Virus record (IMG/VR): IMGVR_UViG_3300036770_002685
Length of the DNA: 64,000 bases
Direction: 5' to 3' (one strand)
Origin: an uncultured virus (IMG/VR IMGVR_UViG_3300036770_002685)
Lineage: Duplodnaviria > Heunggongvirae > Uroviricota > Caudoviricetes
The notes under the pieces were generated by a model. The model was not told the DNA's origin and ran no database searches. It was given only the letters and a program-made list of their open reading frames with translations. The stretch's first letter is position 1, and every line of letters begins with the position of its first letter. A program made the translations under genes and the position numbers. Below, one piece after another: positions 45,816 through 55,439 of the stretch.

Positions 45816-47858
45816 ATGGCTGAAGCGATGCAGGGAGGCGTTATGAGCCTGCCGCCGGAGATGGGCGGTATGGCGCAACCCCCTCAGAGTTACCTCACTC
45901 CTGAAGACGAAGCAACGCTAACGCAACTGCGTAATTCCGTCTCGCCCCAAGAGTTCAATCAAGAGATGTTCAACGCTGCGGAGCAGATGGACCCGCAGGC
46001 GATTGCACAACTGCGCAGCATGCTACAGGGCATGCGCTTGCCGCAGGAATTGATCGACTTGATGAAGGAGATGGTGAGTTCACTTTTGCAGGAACCTGCC
46101 AAGTATGCGGAAAATCGTCAGCAGTTGATCGCAGAGGGGGTGCCAGAAGACCTCTTGCCGCCAGAGTTTGACCCTAATTACCTGATGGCGCTGGACATGG
46201 CGCTGGATCAGGTATCAGAGCCTGTTATCCAAGGATTTGCAGCCGGTGGTTTTGTCCAAAATCCGATCTCTGCCGGGATTGCCAGCTTGGGCCGCAACGG
46301 CGACACGATGCTGGCGCACATCACGCCGCGCGAGGCGAGGATGCTTCAGCGCGCAGGTGGCGCAGGCACGATCAACCCGGTTACTGGATTGCCTGAGTTC
46401 TTTCTTGGCGGTCTTGCCAAAGCAATTGGCGGGGCATTTAGGTCAGTCGGCAAAGCGGTTTCAGGCGTTCTCACAGGCATCGGTAAAGCAGTTAAGAGCT
46501 TTGCCAGCAGTACTGTCGGTCGGATGGTGACATCGGTCGCGCTGGGCTTCTTCTTAGGCCCCGCAGCGGCGGGTCTACTAGGTGTTACGTCTGCCGCAGG
46601 CGTTGCGGCAATTAGCGGCTTTATTGGTGGTGCAGGCTCGACCTTACTTGCCGGTGGCAGCATTAAAGACGCCTTGAAGACGGGTGCGATTGGCGGTCTG
46701 ACCGCTGGTGCGTTTTCCGGTGTTAGCGGCGGCGCAGGGGCCTTCAAAGCGGGCACTTACACAGGTCCTACGACCATCTCGGAGTCTTGGAAAGGCTTCA
46801 CTGAGAAGTTGGGGACTAGACCGGCGGCGGACGCGGCAAAAGCGGTTGCTGGCGGGGTGGACGAAGCGGCAGCAGCCGCACCTCCTCCGCCTGCCATTGA
46901 ATCGGCTGTACAGAGCTTGGATGAACTGAAGCTTGACGCAATCAGTGGTAGGACTGCAGCGGTTCCTCAGCCGTCAATTCAAGTAACTTCACCAACGGGA
47001 CAAGCGGTTGCTGGTCCTGCCGTGGGGCCGTCTAAGTTTGACGTGATTTCACGCGGTTCGCCTCCGGCTGTTTCGCCTGCGCCTCCTGCACCTGCACCCG
47101 CACCAACTAATTACCTGATGAATCCGCCACTGGGGGCGGTCAAGCCTGATCCGCTCGTACAAAAGTTGACTGCCAATCTTCCGGCAGATACGGCTTCGAC
47201 CTCCGGCGGCGTGATGGACCTCTTGAAGCAGGGTGAGATACGGCAAGCGGCAACGAAGGCAGGCGAAGGTATTAAAGGGCTTTATGATGAGTATTTATCG
47301 CCCAGCAACATAGAAAAAGCAGGTGCGGAAAAGGCGATGACCGAGGCCACGAAAGCGGTCAACGCACTGCCTGCAGGCACTTCTGAAGCGGTCAAAGGCG
47401 CAGTCTTTAACAAGGTTTATGAATCGAATCTACCCGGCATGTTGGCGACCTACGGTCCGCTGGCAGCAGCCGGTATCGGCGCAACCTATTTGGCAGGGGG
47501 CTTTGATGTCAAACCCCCGCCAAAGCCCGAGATTCCAGTCAGCGGCACTGAACTGTACAAGCGCAATCCATACCTTTTGACACCGCAAATTCGCACGATC
47601 TCGGCCTCCACCGGCCAGCCTTATCGCATGGCGGCAGGGGGTATTGCGAGCTTGGCGCAGGGTTCAACGAAATACCCACGCAAGACCGGACCGATCGACG
47701 GCCCCGGCACAGGCACGTCGGATTCCATCCCGGCGATGCTCTCTGACGGCGAATTCGTGTTCACCGCCAAAGCAGTCCGGGGCATGGGCAAAGGCTCACG
47801 GCGCAAGGGCGCAAAACGGATGTATGCCTTAATGAAGGCACTGGAAAAGAGGGCCTAA
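45816..47858 (+). CDS. Probable internal virion/ejection protein
   Basis: Gly/Ala-rich hydrophobic segment; FAAGG, GRNGDTMLAH, GPGTGTSDSIPAMLSDGEFV. Confidence 0.7.
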   Translation: MAEAMQGGVMSLPPEMGGMAQPPQSYLTPEDEATLTQLRNSVSPQEFNQEMFNAAEQMDPQAIAQLRSMLQGMRLPQELIDLMKEMVSSLLQEPAKYAENRQQLIAEGVPEDLLPPEFDPNYLMALDMALDQVSEPVIQGFAAGGFVQNPISAGIASLGRNGDTMLAHITPREARMLQRAGGAGTINPVTGLPEFFLGGLAKAIGGAFRSVGKAVSGVLTGIGKAVKSFASSTVGRMVTSVALGFFLGPAAAGLLGVTSAAGVAAISGFIGGAGSTLLAGGSIKDALKTGAIGGLTAGAFSGVSGGAGAFKAGTYTGPTTISESWKGFTEKLGTRPAADAAKAVAGGVDEAAAAAPPPPAIESAVQSLDELKLDAISGRTAAVPQPSIQVTSPTGQAVAGPAVGPSKFDVISRGSPPAVSPAPPAPAPAPTNYLMNPPLGAVKPDPLVQKLTANLPADTASTSGGVMDLLKQGEIRQAATKAGEGIKGLYDEYLSPSNIEKAGAEKAMTEATKAVNALPAGTSEAVKGAVFNKVYESNLPGMLATYGPLAAAGIGATYLAGGFDVKPPPKPEIPVSGTELYKRNPYLLTPQIRTISASTGQPYRMAAGGIASLAQGSTKYPRKTGPIDGPGTGTSDSIPAMLSDGEFVFTAKAVRGMGKGSRRKGAKRMYALMKALEKRA

Positions 47859-47861
47859 AAC

Positions 47862-49094
47862 ATGGCAACTGAATATAGCGTACAGACAATCCAAGAAGCG
47901 CCGGAGATTGAGAAGGCGCGATTAGCGCTGGTCAAAACCGGTGAAGAACTCGTCGCAAAACCCTTCACCATCCCCGGCTACGAAGTTGCCGGGCTTGGGG
48001 CAGGCCAGATTCAAGCTGCACGGCTCGCGGAACAGGGCGTAGGGGCTTACGCGCCTTACCTGACCGAGGCCAGCAAAGGGCTGACGGCAGGGCAAACCTT
48101 GACGCAAGAAGCGGCGCGCGGCATCGGTGCCTTGAATGTCCAACCGCAGATGCAAGCCGCCTACGGTGCCTATCAAGCAGGCGCTGGCGTGGCAGGCGAC
48201 ATCGGCAGATTGGCTGAGACAGCCGGTCAGGGCCTACCTACAGCAGCGTATGGTGCGGCGATGATTCCGGGCGCGACAACCGCGTACCAACCCGGACAGG
48301 CCACCGCGTACATGAATCCGTACCAGCAGCAGGTCACAGCCAACGCGCTACAAGAGATGCAACGCCAAGCCGACATTGCCATGCAAGGTCAGGCGGCACA
48401 GGCTGTTCGTGCGGGCGCGTTTGGCGGTACTCGCGAGGGTGTGCAACGCGCAGAGACGGCCCGTAATCTGATGGACGTGATGGGCCAGCGCATCTTGCAA
48501 GACTATTCGCAGAATTATCTGCAAGCGCAGCAGGCCGCACAGCAGGCGTTTGAAGCGCAACAGCAGCGCCAACTTGCAGGCGGTCAGGCGTTGGGTCAGA
48601 TGAGCCTTCTGCCCTCCCAAATCGCCTCACAACAGGCCAATATCTTGGGTGGTCAGGCCAACATTTACGGTCAGCTTGCCCAAGGCATCGGTCAACTGGG
48701 CCTACAGCAGGGCCAGTTTGGCTTGCAACAGGGCGCGGCATTGGGCGCAGCCGGTCAGCAGTTGGGTGCGATGGCAGGACAGCAGGCACAACTGGGTGCG
48801 CTGGGCCAGCAACTCAGCCAAGCAGACATCGCACTGCTCTCGCAGGTGGGCGCACAGGAGCAGGCATTGCAGCAGGCTCGACTCGATGCGCTACGCGCAA
48901 CAAAGTTGCAGGAGGCGATGATGCCGTACCAGCAGTTGGCCTTCCAATCCGACATTTTGTCGAAGACCCCGAGCGGTCAAACCTCGATTACTGCCGCGTC
49001 GGCACCTACGCCAAGCCCATTGATGTCTGCATTGGGCACCGGCGTTGCTGCCCTTTCCAGCGTCGCAGGGACTAAGAAAGCAGGCTTGTTTTAG
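47862..49094 (+). CDS. Probable DNA ejection/pilot protein
   Basis: Gln/Ala/Gly-rich; YMNPYQQQV, GAFGGTR. Confidence 0.7.
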   Translation: MATEYSVQTIQEAPEIEKARLALVKTGEELVAKPFTIPGYEVAGLGAGQIQAARLAEQGVGAYAPYLTEASKGLTAGQTLTQEAARGIGALNVQPQMQAAYGAYQAGAGVAGDIGRLAETAGQGLPTAAYGAAMIPGATTAYQPGQATAYMNPYQQQVTANALQEMQRQADIAMQGQAAQAVRAGAFGGTREGVQRAETARNLMDVMGQRILQDYSQNYLQAQQAAQQAFEAQQQRQLAGGQALGQMSLLPSQIASQQANILGGQANIYGQLAQGIGQLGLQQGQFGLQQGAALGAAGQQLGAMAGQQAQLGALGQQLSQADIALLSQVGAQEQALQQARLDALRATKLQEAMMPYQQLAFQSDILSKTPSGQTSITAASAPTPSPLMSALGTGVAALSSVAGTKKAGLF

Positions 49095-49099
49095 GAGCG

Positions 49100-51073
49100 A
49101 TGATGAAATCTAAAGTACTTGACAGGCCGATGTTCAAGAAGAAGGGGGCTCCTGTCCCGCCTGAGGAGGCCGACAACGTCGGCATCATGCAGGGCTTCAT
49201 GGACGCCATCAACGGCATGGAAGAGGATGACTACGAGGAAGAGGGCGATAGCGATATGGCAAAAATGCTGGATCGCCGTCCAGACTCGCCAGAAATCCTG
49301 ATGAACAATCTGCGGGGCGACATGCGCTCGGTAGACGCACGGGTCGAGGAACTGGCTGACTTAGTCGGCTACCGTGCCGCTGCCGAGACGCCAACCGAAG
49401 TCTTGGCACTGCTGCAGCCGGTGCTGGCACAGCAATCCCAGATGGCGGCACCCCCTCCGGGAGGCATGATGCCTGCCCCACCGATGCCGATGCCCGGCGC
49501 GCCGATGGCTGCACCTGCGGGCGGGGTTGCCGATTTAGCGGCCATGGCTCAAGGACCACAGACCACGCCACCAATGCCTGCCCCGGGACCGATGCCACCG
49601 GGCGGCGTTGCATCGTTGCCTGCTGCGGCTGAACAACAAGCGCCCATTGCAATGAAAGAGGGCGGGATTGTTCAACATTTTCAAGGAGGGTCCGGTGAGG
49701 AGGGCGTGACCCCCGTTGATCTAAGTGGGCAGCAAGCCTACTACCCTCCTGAGATCGTGGCAAAAGCGCAAGAAGATGTGATGAATCTGATGAGCGCGCA
49801 GCCTACGCCAACGCCGTCCATCGAAAGTGCGATGGCAGCGCGTCTGCCTACGTATGAGCGTCTTTTAGGCGTGGACAAGAACACTGTGCAATCGCAGATG
49901 TTGTTTGACATTGCACAAGGGGCGTTAAACGTTGCTGCCGGTGTTGACGCGGAAGGGCGCCCCATTAGAGGTGCAGTATCTCCTGTCGGGCGTATCGCGG
50001 CAGGTATGCGAAACGTGCCTGCCATGATTGGCGCACGTGCGGGTGAGCTTGCAAAAGCACAGCGTGAGATCAAGGCGCTTGCCCTACAAGCCGGTGAGAA
50101 GGACGTTGCATTGATCCGCGAGTACAACTTCAGGTTGATCGACTCGCAGCGCAAGCTGTCGGCAGACATCATCAAAGCAACTGCCAAGGGACAAGGTTTT
50201 GGCACTGGGGTAAAAGGCGCTGCGTGGAATTTTGTCACGCGGTTCGCGCCTGACTTTGCTGCGGGTAAGTTGACGCCAGAGAACGACCGTCGATTCTTGA
50301 GTTCGTATTCGATCATCTCGGAACCCACGTATTTCACTGATCCGTTTACCGGGAATGTTCAATCGCGTGTTCCGCCTATCCCCGACTTCGTAACGAATTC
50401 GATTCGAGCACGGAAGGATATTCCTGTTCCAACCACTGGCAAGAAGGCTCCTGCGCCAGAGGGAGGCACTGCAGCGCCCGTGGAACCCGGAGTACCCGGA
50501 GCGCCCGTAAGCGAAGCGCCTTCTGATGTAACGCCCGCCGTTAAACCCACTGCTGCGAAAACGCTGTGGCAATTAACGCCTGTGCTGACCGGACCTGTTG
50601 CTACGGTTAAGGACGTTATTTCAAGCGTTCCCGGACTGGGTGGCGTAGGCAAGGACGTAACGCAGGCACGTGCTCAATACATGGGCGAATTCCGTGAGCT
50701 TGTAAAGAGCTTGCAAAACAGCCCCGTTTTTGCACAACGAGAGCGTGAGGCGATTGAGACCGAATTAAACATTGAGCCTCGGTTCTTCGACGACCCAGAG
50801 AAGCTGCGTAATAAACTGATCGGTATTGACAAATACCTGACAGCACGTCTAACAGATGCGCGACTAAACGCAACAAACGAAAATCTGCCTGTCGAACAGC
50901 GAAAAGCGCATGCACAGATTGTGACCACGCTTAAAAACTTCTTACCAAAGCTGGGTATTCCGCAGAAGATTTATACGATCAAGGCGTTGCAGGACTTCAC
51001 GAGGAAAAATCCTCCGGGCACTCCCTTCTTGTGGAATGGTAGCGAAGTTCGCGTGACAAAAGGAGCGGAATAA
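49100..51073 (+). CDS. Probable internal virion protein
   Basis: VLDRPMF N-terminus; MKEGGIV; position in the ejection module. Confidence 0.65.
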   Translation: MMKSKVLDRPMFKKKGAPVPPEEADNVGIMQGFMDAINGMEEDDYEEEGDSDMAKMLDRRPDSPEILMNNLRGDMRSVDARVEELADLVGYRAAAETPTEVLALLQPVLAQQSQMAAPPPGGMMPAPPMPMPGAPMAAPAGGVADLAAMAQGPQTTPPMPAPGPMPPGGVASLPAAAEQQAPIAMKEGGIVQHFQGGSGEEGVTPVDLSGQQAYYPPEIVAKAQEDVMNLMSAQPTPTPSIESAMAARLPTYERLLGVDKNTVQSQMLFDIAQGALNVAAGVDAEGRPIRGAVSPVGRIAAGMRNVPAMIGARAGELAKAQREIKALALQAGEKDVALIREYNFRLIDSQRKLSADIIKATAKGQGFGTGVKGAAWNFVTRFAPDFAAGKLTPENDRRFLSSYSIISEPTYFTDPFTGNVQSRVPPIPDFVTNSIRARKDIPVPTTGKKAPAPEGGTAAPVEPGVPGAPVSEAPSDVTPAVKPTAAKTLWQLTPVLTGPVATVKDVISSVPGLGGVGKDVTQARAQYMGEFRELVKSLQNSPVFAQREREAIETELNIEPRFFDDPEKLRNKLIGIDKYLTARLTDARLNATNENLPVEQRKAHAQIVTTLKNFLPKLGIPQKIYTIKALQDFTRKNPPGTPFLWNGSEVRVTKGAE

Positions 51074-54000
51074 TGGCCGAAGATACCTTGAAACAGCAGT
51101 TAGAAGCACTGTCTTCTCCTGCTGGAGGGGGTCGAGCGTCTGAGTTGTTGACAGGCAAACCGCCTCCGGGTGTTGCCGTGCCAAGCACTGGCGCGGCAGA
51201 GGGTGCGATTAATCCGGTCACTGGGATGCCCGAGACAGTCGAGGCATTGTCTGAAGCAGGGGAGCCCACGGTCGGCGAGAAAGCCACCGAAGTGGGCTAC
51301 GGTCTATTAGAGGGCGTGTCGCGCACCGCGCCTTCTGTCACAGGCGGCATGGTTGGCTTTCGTGCAGGCACCGGATTAGCGCCTTTGATGGGGCCATACG
51401 CCCCTCTAGGTATCGCCGGTGCCACGGTGGCTGGCGTAGGCATAGGCGCGCTTATAGGTAATGAGTTTGACATTCGCTATCCCGGCGTAGCGCGTCAAGA
51501 CCTTGTGCCGTACCGCGAAGGCGGTAAGACGTGGGGCGATACGATTGCGTTAGCACCCATCGCGTTCAATATTCCTGTCACGCAGGCACAACGCGTTTCT
51601 GAGGCTATCCGCATACTGGAGCCCACAGCAGCAAAGTTCGGCATGGAAGGCGCAGCACGTGCTTCGCGTTTCCTGACAGATGTGACAGCGGCCATGGGCA
51701 GAACTGCTCAGGCTTACCCAAAATCTTTCCTTGCAGCAGAGGCGATCTCTGGCGCAGGTGCTGGGGTTGGTGGCGGTATGGCTGAAGCCTATGCGCCGGG
51801 GGAACCCGGCACACGTTTGGCCTCTGAGATTGTCGGCGGTGTGCTCGCCCCTTCTCGGCTGTTCATCCACATGGGTTCTGCCAAGGACCTGATGGGCAAC
51901 ATCGCGGCATCCTTTTCAAAAGACGCACGGCAGAGCCGAGCAGCCAACAAGCTACGCTCGATCCTCGAAGACGCAGGCGAGGACGTTGACAAGGTCATCC
52001 GCTCGCTTGAGGCGAACGTCCCAAGAGGTGCACAGCCAACGGCTGGGCAAAAGACGGGTGTTCGTGCGCTCAGTATCTTGGAAAATACCCTAGCGCGAGA
52101 GAACGCCAAGTATGGCGGAGAGATCGCGGACCAAGGACTAAAGACGCTACAGGCTTACACGCTGTTGGCAAAGAACCTAGAACAGGTCGGGAGCCCACAA
52201 GCACTTCGTGCTGCTGCACAGTTACGTGAAGAAGCCTTCAACGCCATGCTGGAAAACCGGCAGAGCGTTGCGCTCTTAAACGCTGCACAGAAGATTCAAC
52301 GCATTAGCAAAGACACGCCCGAGGCCCGTCAACAGATTGGCGAGATTGTGCGTCAAGCGACGCAGGATGCCTTGTCCGATGCACGGGGTCATGAGCGCAC
52401 GTTGTGGACACGTGCCGTGGCGGACTTGTCACGGCCCACGACTCAGACAGTGACTGAGCGTGTTCAGGTCGGCAAGATGGTGGATGAAGCGGGTAGACCG
52501 CTCATGCGTACCCGCGAGGTAACGCGAGTAACGTTGCCCTCAGTTGTTCCCACCAATACCGTTCGCGACTTCCTGAACGAAACGCTGACTATTGCAGATT
52601 CTGTCTATAAAGGCACCGTGCCTCCCCTCGTCAAAAAAGTGATGGGGCAGATGGGAGTGACAGAGGCGGATGTCGCTCGCTACAAATTAGGCAGGCAGAC
52701 GGAAGAGTTTGCCAATACAGGGATTGTCCCCGATCGCTTTTTGCCAAAAGGGCGCGATGTCCAACTGGGCGAACTGGTCAATATGCGCTCCAACCTTCTA
52801 GACCTTGCGCGTGATGCTGCGGTCAAAGGAGAAAACGCTGACGCGCGGTTCTTCGGCAACATTGCGAACAGCATGATGAAGGACTTGGATCAGGTCAAAT
52901 CTCCTGCGTTGGACGAAGCGCGCAGCTTTTCAAGAACGCTGAATGACTACTTCACTCGCAGCTTTGCCGGGGAGATGCTCAGTAAAAAAGGCACGGGTGC
53001 CCTTGCTTATCCACCAGAAGTGCTTGTCCAGCGGGCTTTCGGCGCGAACAACGACTTGGCTGCGATGCGGATGGCCGACATCGAAGACGCAGTAGGCATG
53101 CTTCGCAAAGAGTACACCGATGCCGTCGCACGATTTGGCAGAGATAGCGCAGAAGCGCTGTCCTTGAAGCCCTTAGCCGATCTGTCCAGTTCTCGTGTGG
53201 TATCGATTCGAGACGCACAGCAGCGTATTCTGCGTCTGGCTGCAGCAGAGACGATTGACCCGAATACGGGCCGCGTAAGCGCTACTCGCCTAAGCCGTTT
53301 CATTGAAAAGCGCAGACCGCTGCTGGACAGATTGCAGATCACGGATGATCTATCCGATGCGGTTAAAGCAGAAAACGCGTTTAAGGCAACGGCAAGTGCT
53401 AACAGCGTATTGGACAAGAGCCTGAGAAATCAGACAGCCTTTGCGCAAGTGCTAAAGCGTGAGTCGCCGTCCATGGCGATCGCGGATGCCTTGAACAGTA
53501 AGTTCCCTGTTCGCAGTCTCTCAAACATCGTCAAGCTGGCAAAAGCGGGTGGGCCGGATGCCGCAGCGGGGCTGAAGTCGAGTCTCTACGATTATGCGTT
53601 TACCAAGGCCGGAGGCGACAGGGGCTTTAACGCGCAGGCGTTCAAGGATGCGTTTTTCAGTCCCATTGCCCAAGGACAACCTTCGATTTACAACATCCTG
53701 CGCTCGCAGGGTGTGATGACCCTCTCGGAAGGCAAGAACCTCAGGCGCATCATCGATCCGATGATACGTGTCGAGCAATCGCTGGGCGATCGTCAGCTTA
53801 TGGAAGGCGTCATGCAGGGCGCAGACGCAGCAACCGAACTGGCATTGCGTGTGGTCGGCTCGCGCATTGGTACTAGTGTGTCAGGTAGTGGACCCGGATC
53901 GCTGATTGCGGCTTCAGCAGGCTCGAAGTATATGCGCCAAATCTTCGATAAGTCTCCGATGCTGTTGGTGCGAGGGATCATCGAAGAGGCCACGAAAGAC

Positions 54001-54333
54001 CCACAGATGATGGCGCTGCTCCTACGTCGCGGTCAGTCAGAAGGTGAGAAGTTGATGCTCGCGCGTCAGATGCATGCCTATCTGACCGCCGCAGGCTTGA
54101 ACTACGAACGGTTTACTGAACCCGGCCCAGAGCCCACGGTCCAAGCGCCACAGCCTGTGCGTAGTTTTGCACCACGTCGCCAACCCGCAACCGCCTCCAC
54201 ACGGGGGGTTCCGGGGTTAAATATTGGTGGCGGAGGTCCTCCTCAGTTAGGTGGTGGCGCGCCTGCGGCGGGCGGTGGATCAAGTCGCGAGATGTTGCAA
54301 CGTCTTTTCCCGTTTGACGCAACGCTACGATAG
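51073..54333 (+). CDS. Large internal virion/ejection protein
   Basis: 1086 aa, helical and Ala-rich; last large structural gene. Confidence 0.65.
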   Translation: MAEDTLKQQLEALSSPAGGGRASELLTGKPPPGVAVPSTGAAEGAINPVTGMPETVEALSEAGEPTVGEKATEVGYGLLEGVSRTAPSVTGGMVGFRAGTGLAPLMGPYAPLGIAGATVAGVGIGALIGNEFDIRYPGVARQDLVPYREGGKTWGDTIALAPIAFNIPVTQAQRVSEAIRILEPTAAKFGMEGAARASRFLTDVTAAMGRTAQAYPKSFLAAEAISGAGAGVGGGMAEAYAPGEPGTRLASEIVGGVLAPSRLFIHMGSAKDLMGNIAASFSKDARQSRAANKLRSILEDAGEDVDKVIRSLEANVPRGAQPTAGQKTGVRALSILENTLARENAKYGGEIADQGLKTLQAYTLLAKNLEQVGSPQALRAAAQLREEAFNAMLENRQSVALLNAAQKIQRISKDTPEARQQIGEIVRQATQDALSDARGHERTLWTRAVADLSRPTTQTVTERVQVGKMVDEAGRPLMRTREVTRVTLPSVVPTNTVRDFLNETLTIADSVYKGTVPPLVKKVMGQMGVTEADVARYKLGRQTEEFANTGIVPDRFLPKGRDVQLGELVNMRSNLLDLARDAAVKGENADARFFGNIANSMMKDLDQVKSPALDEARSFSRTLNDYFTRSFAGEMLSKKGTGALAYPPEVLVQRAFGANNDLAAMRMADIEDAVGMLRKEYTDAVARFGRDSAEALSLKPLADLSSSRVVSIRDAQQRILRLAAAETIDPNTGRVSATRLSRFIEKRRPLLDRLQITDDLSDAVKAENAFKATASANSVLDKSLRNQTAFAQVLKRESPSMAIADALNSKFPVRSLSNIVKLAKAGGPDAAAGLKSSLYDYAFTKAGGDRGFNAQAFKDAFFSPIAQGQPSIYNILRSQGVMTLSEGKNLRRIIDPMIRVEQSLGDRQLMEGVMQGADAATELALRVVGSRIGTSVSGSGPGSLIAASAGSKYMRQIFDKSPMLLVRGIIEEATKDPQMMALLLRRGQSEGEKLMLARQMHAYLTAAGLNYERFTEPGPEPTVQAPQPVRSFAPRRQPATASTRGVPGLNIGGGGPPQLGGGAPAAGGGSSREMLQRLFPFDATLR

Positions 54334-54341
54334 GAGTGCTC

Positions 54342-54530
54342 ATGGCAACCAAACCGACGAAGTCGAAGGTGAATCAGGCGGGCAACTACACAAAGCCCTC
54401 TTTGCGTAAGCGCCTGTTCGAACAAATCAAAGGATCAAACGTGCAGGGCACTGCAGCGGGCCAATGGTCCGCGCGCAAGGCCCAGCTTCTGGCAAAGAAA
54501 TATAAGGAAGCGGGTGGGAGCTATAAATGA
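54342..54530 (+). CDS. Small basic protein (DUF5872-like N-terminal half)
   Basis: NYTKPSLR...GQWSARKAQLLAKKYKEAGGSY. Confidence 0.7.
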   Translation: MATKPTKSKVNQAGNYTKPSLRKRLFEQIKGSNVQGTAAGQWSARKAQLLAKKYKEAGGSYK

Positions 54531-54760
54531 AAAAGCCACAGCTAAGTCTGAAGGCTTGGGGTAAACAACGTTGGAAAACCAAGAGCGGCAAACCCTCGTC
54601 GATTACCGGCGAGCGTTATCTGCCGGAGAAGGCGATCAAAGCATTGACTCCCGCAGAGTACGCAGCTACAACGAAGGCAAAGCGAGCAGGCAAGAAAGCT
54701 GGCAAGCAATTCGTCGCGCAGCCAAAACGCATTGCCGCCAAGACCGCCCGGTTTAGGTAA
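54527..54760 (+). CDS. Small basic protein (DUF5872-like C-terminal half)
   Basis: SLKAWGKQRWKTK...ERYLP...GKQFV. Confidence 0.7.
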   Translation: MKKPQLSLKAWGKQRWKTKSGKPSSITGERYLPEKAIKALTPAEYAATTKAKRAGKKAGKQFVAQPKRIAAKTARFR

Positions 54761-55439
54761 GCGTCGCCAAGAACTTTTCTAGCCGCGCCATCCACTCTTC
54801 TTTCTGACGCTCGAAGTCACGGCCCGTGGTCGTGAATTCCTGCGTCGATCCATCCTGTACTGCGACTAACACCACGCCGAAGTTGATGTTCGTGCCGTGC
54901 AGGATGTCGTGCGCCATCGCGTAGGCCGACAACTGATGGAAGTAGTCCGTGATCCATTCATATCGCTTGGGCTTCAAGCTCTGTTTGAAGTCCACGATGG
55001 CTGGTTTCCCACGGAACACGCCCACCAAGTCAGTCGTCCCCGCGTACTTGCCGGGGTAGTACAGCGGCACCTCGGAGCCCCATACCTCGTCCAGCGCGTC
55101 GAAGTGATCATGGATCAAGCGATAGCCCATCTTATAGCCCCGCACCTGCAACCAATCCTCCGCCGGGGGCAGCGCACTTCCCTCTAGGAATCTTTCAATG
55201 GCGAAATGCATAGCGGTCCCGACATGAGCGGCTTCTGTCTTGATTCGCTCCGCTTCTGCCGCCCCTACTCGCGCCACCCACGCGTCCAGCGTCGCTTTGT
55301 TTTTCGTCTTGTCAAGAATGGCGGTCACGCTGTGCACCGGCACGTCATCGCCCCGGCGATAAGTGCGTCCTTGCGGCGAATCGATACGTTCTAGCCGCTC
55401 GTAGGTGTACAGATTCTTGACGGGTATCAAATTAGCCAT
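54753..55439 (-). CDS. PD-(D/E)XK exonuclease
   Basis: SVTAIL, GTAMH, YAGTTDL, IVDFK, QLSAYA. Confidence 0.85.
   Translation of the reverse strand: MANLIPVKNLYTYERLERIDSPQGRTYRRGDDVPVHSVTAILDKTKNKATLDAWVARVGAAEAERIKTEAAHVGTAMHFAIERFLEGSALPPAEDWLQVRGYKMGYRLIHDHFDALDEVWGSEVPLYYPGKYAGTTDLVGVFRGKPAIVDFKQSLKPKRYEWITDYFHQLSAYAMAHDILHGTNINFGVVLVAVQDGSTQEFTTTGRDFERQKEEWMARLEKFLATLT

Noticed and set aside
10762..54425. Numerous minus-strand ORFs across the structural region
   Set aside because: Antisense shadows of well-supported + strand genes; no recognisable motifs
54753..55439. Cas4 as part of a CRISPR system
   Set aside because: Stand-alone PD-(D/E)XK exonuclease without Fe-S cysteines or cas neighbours
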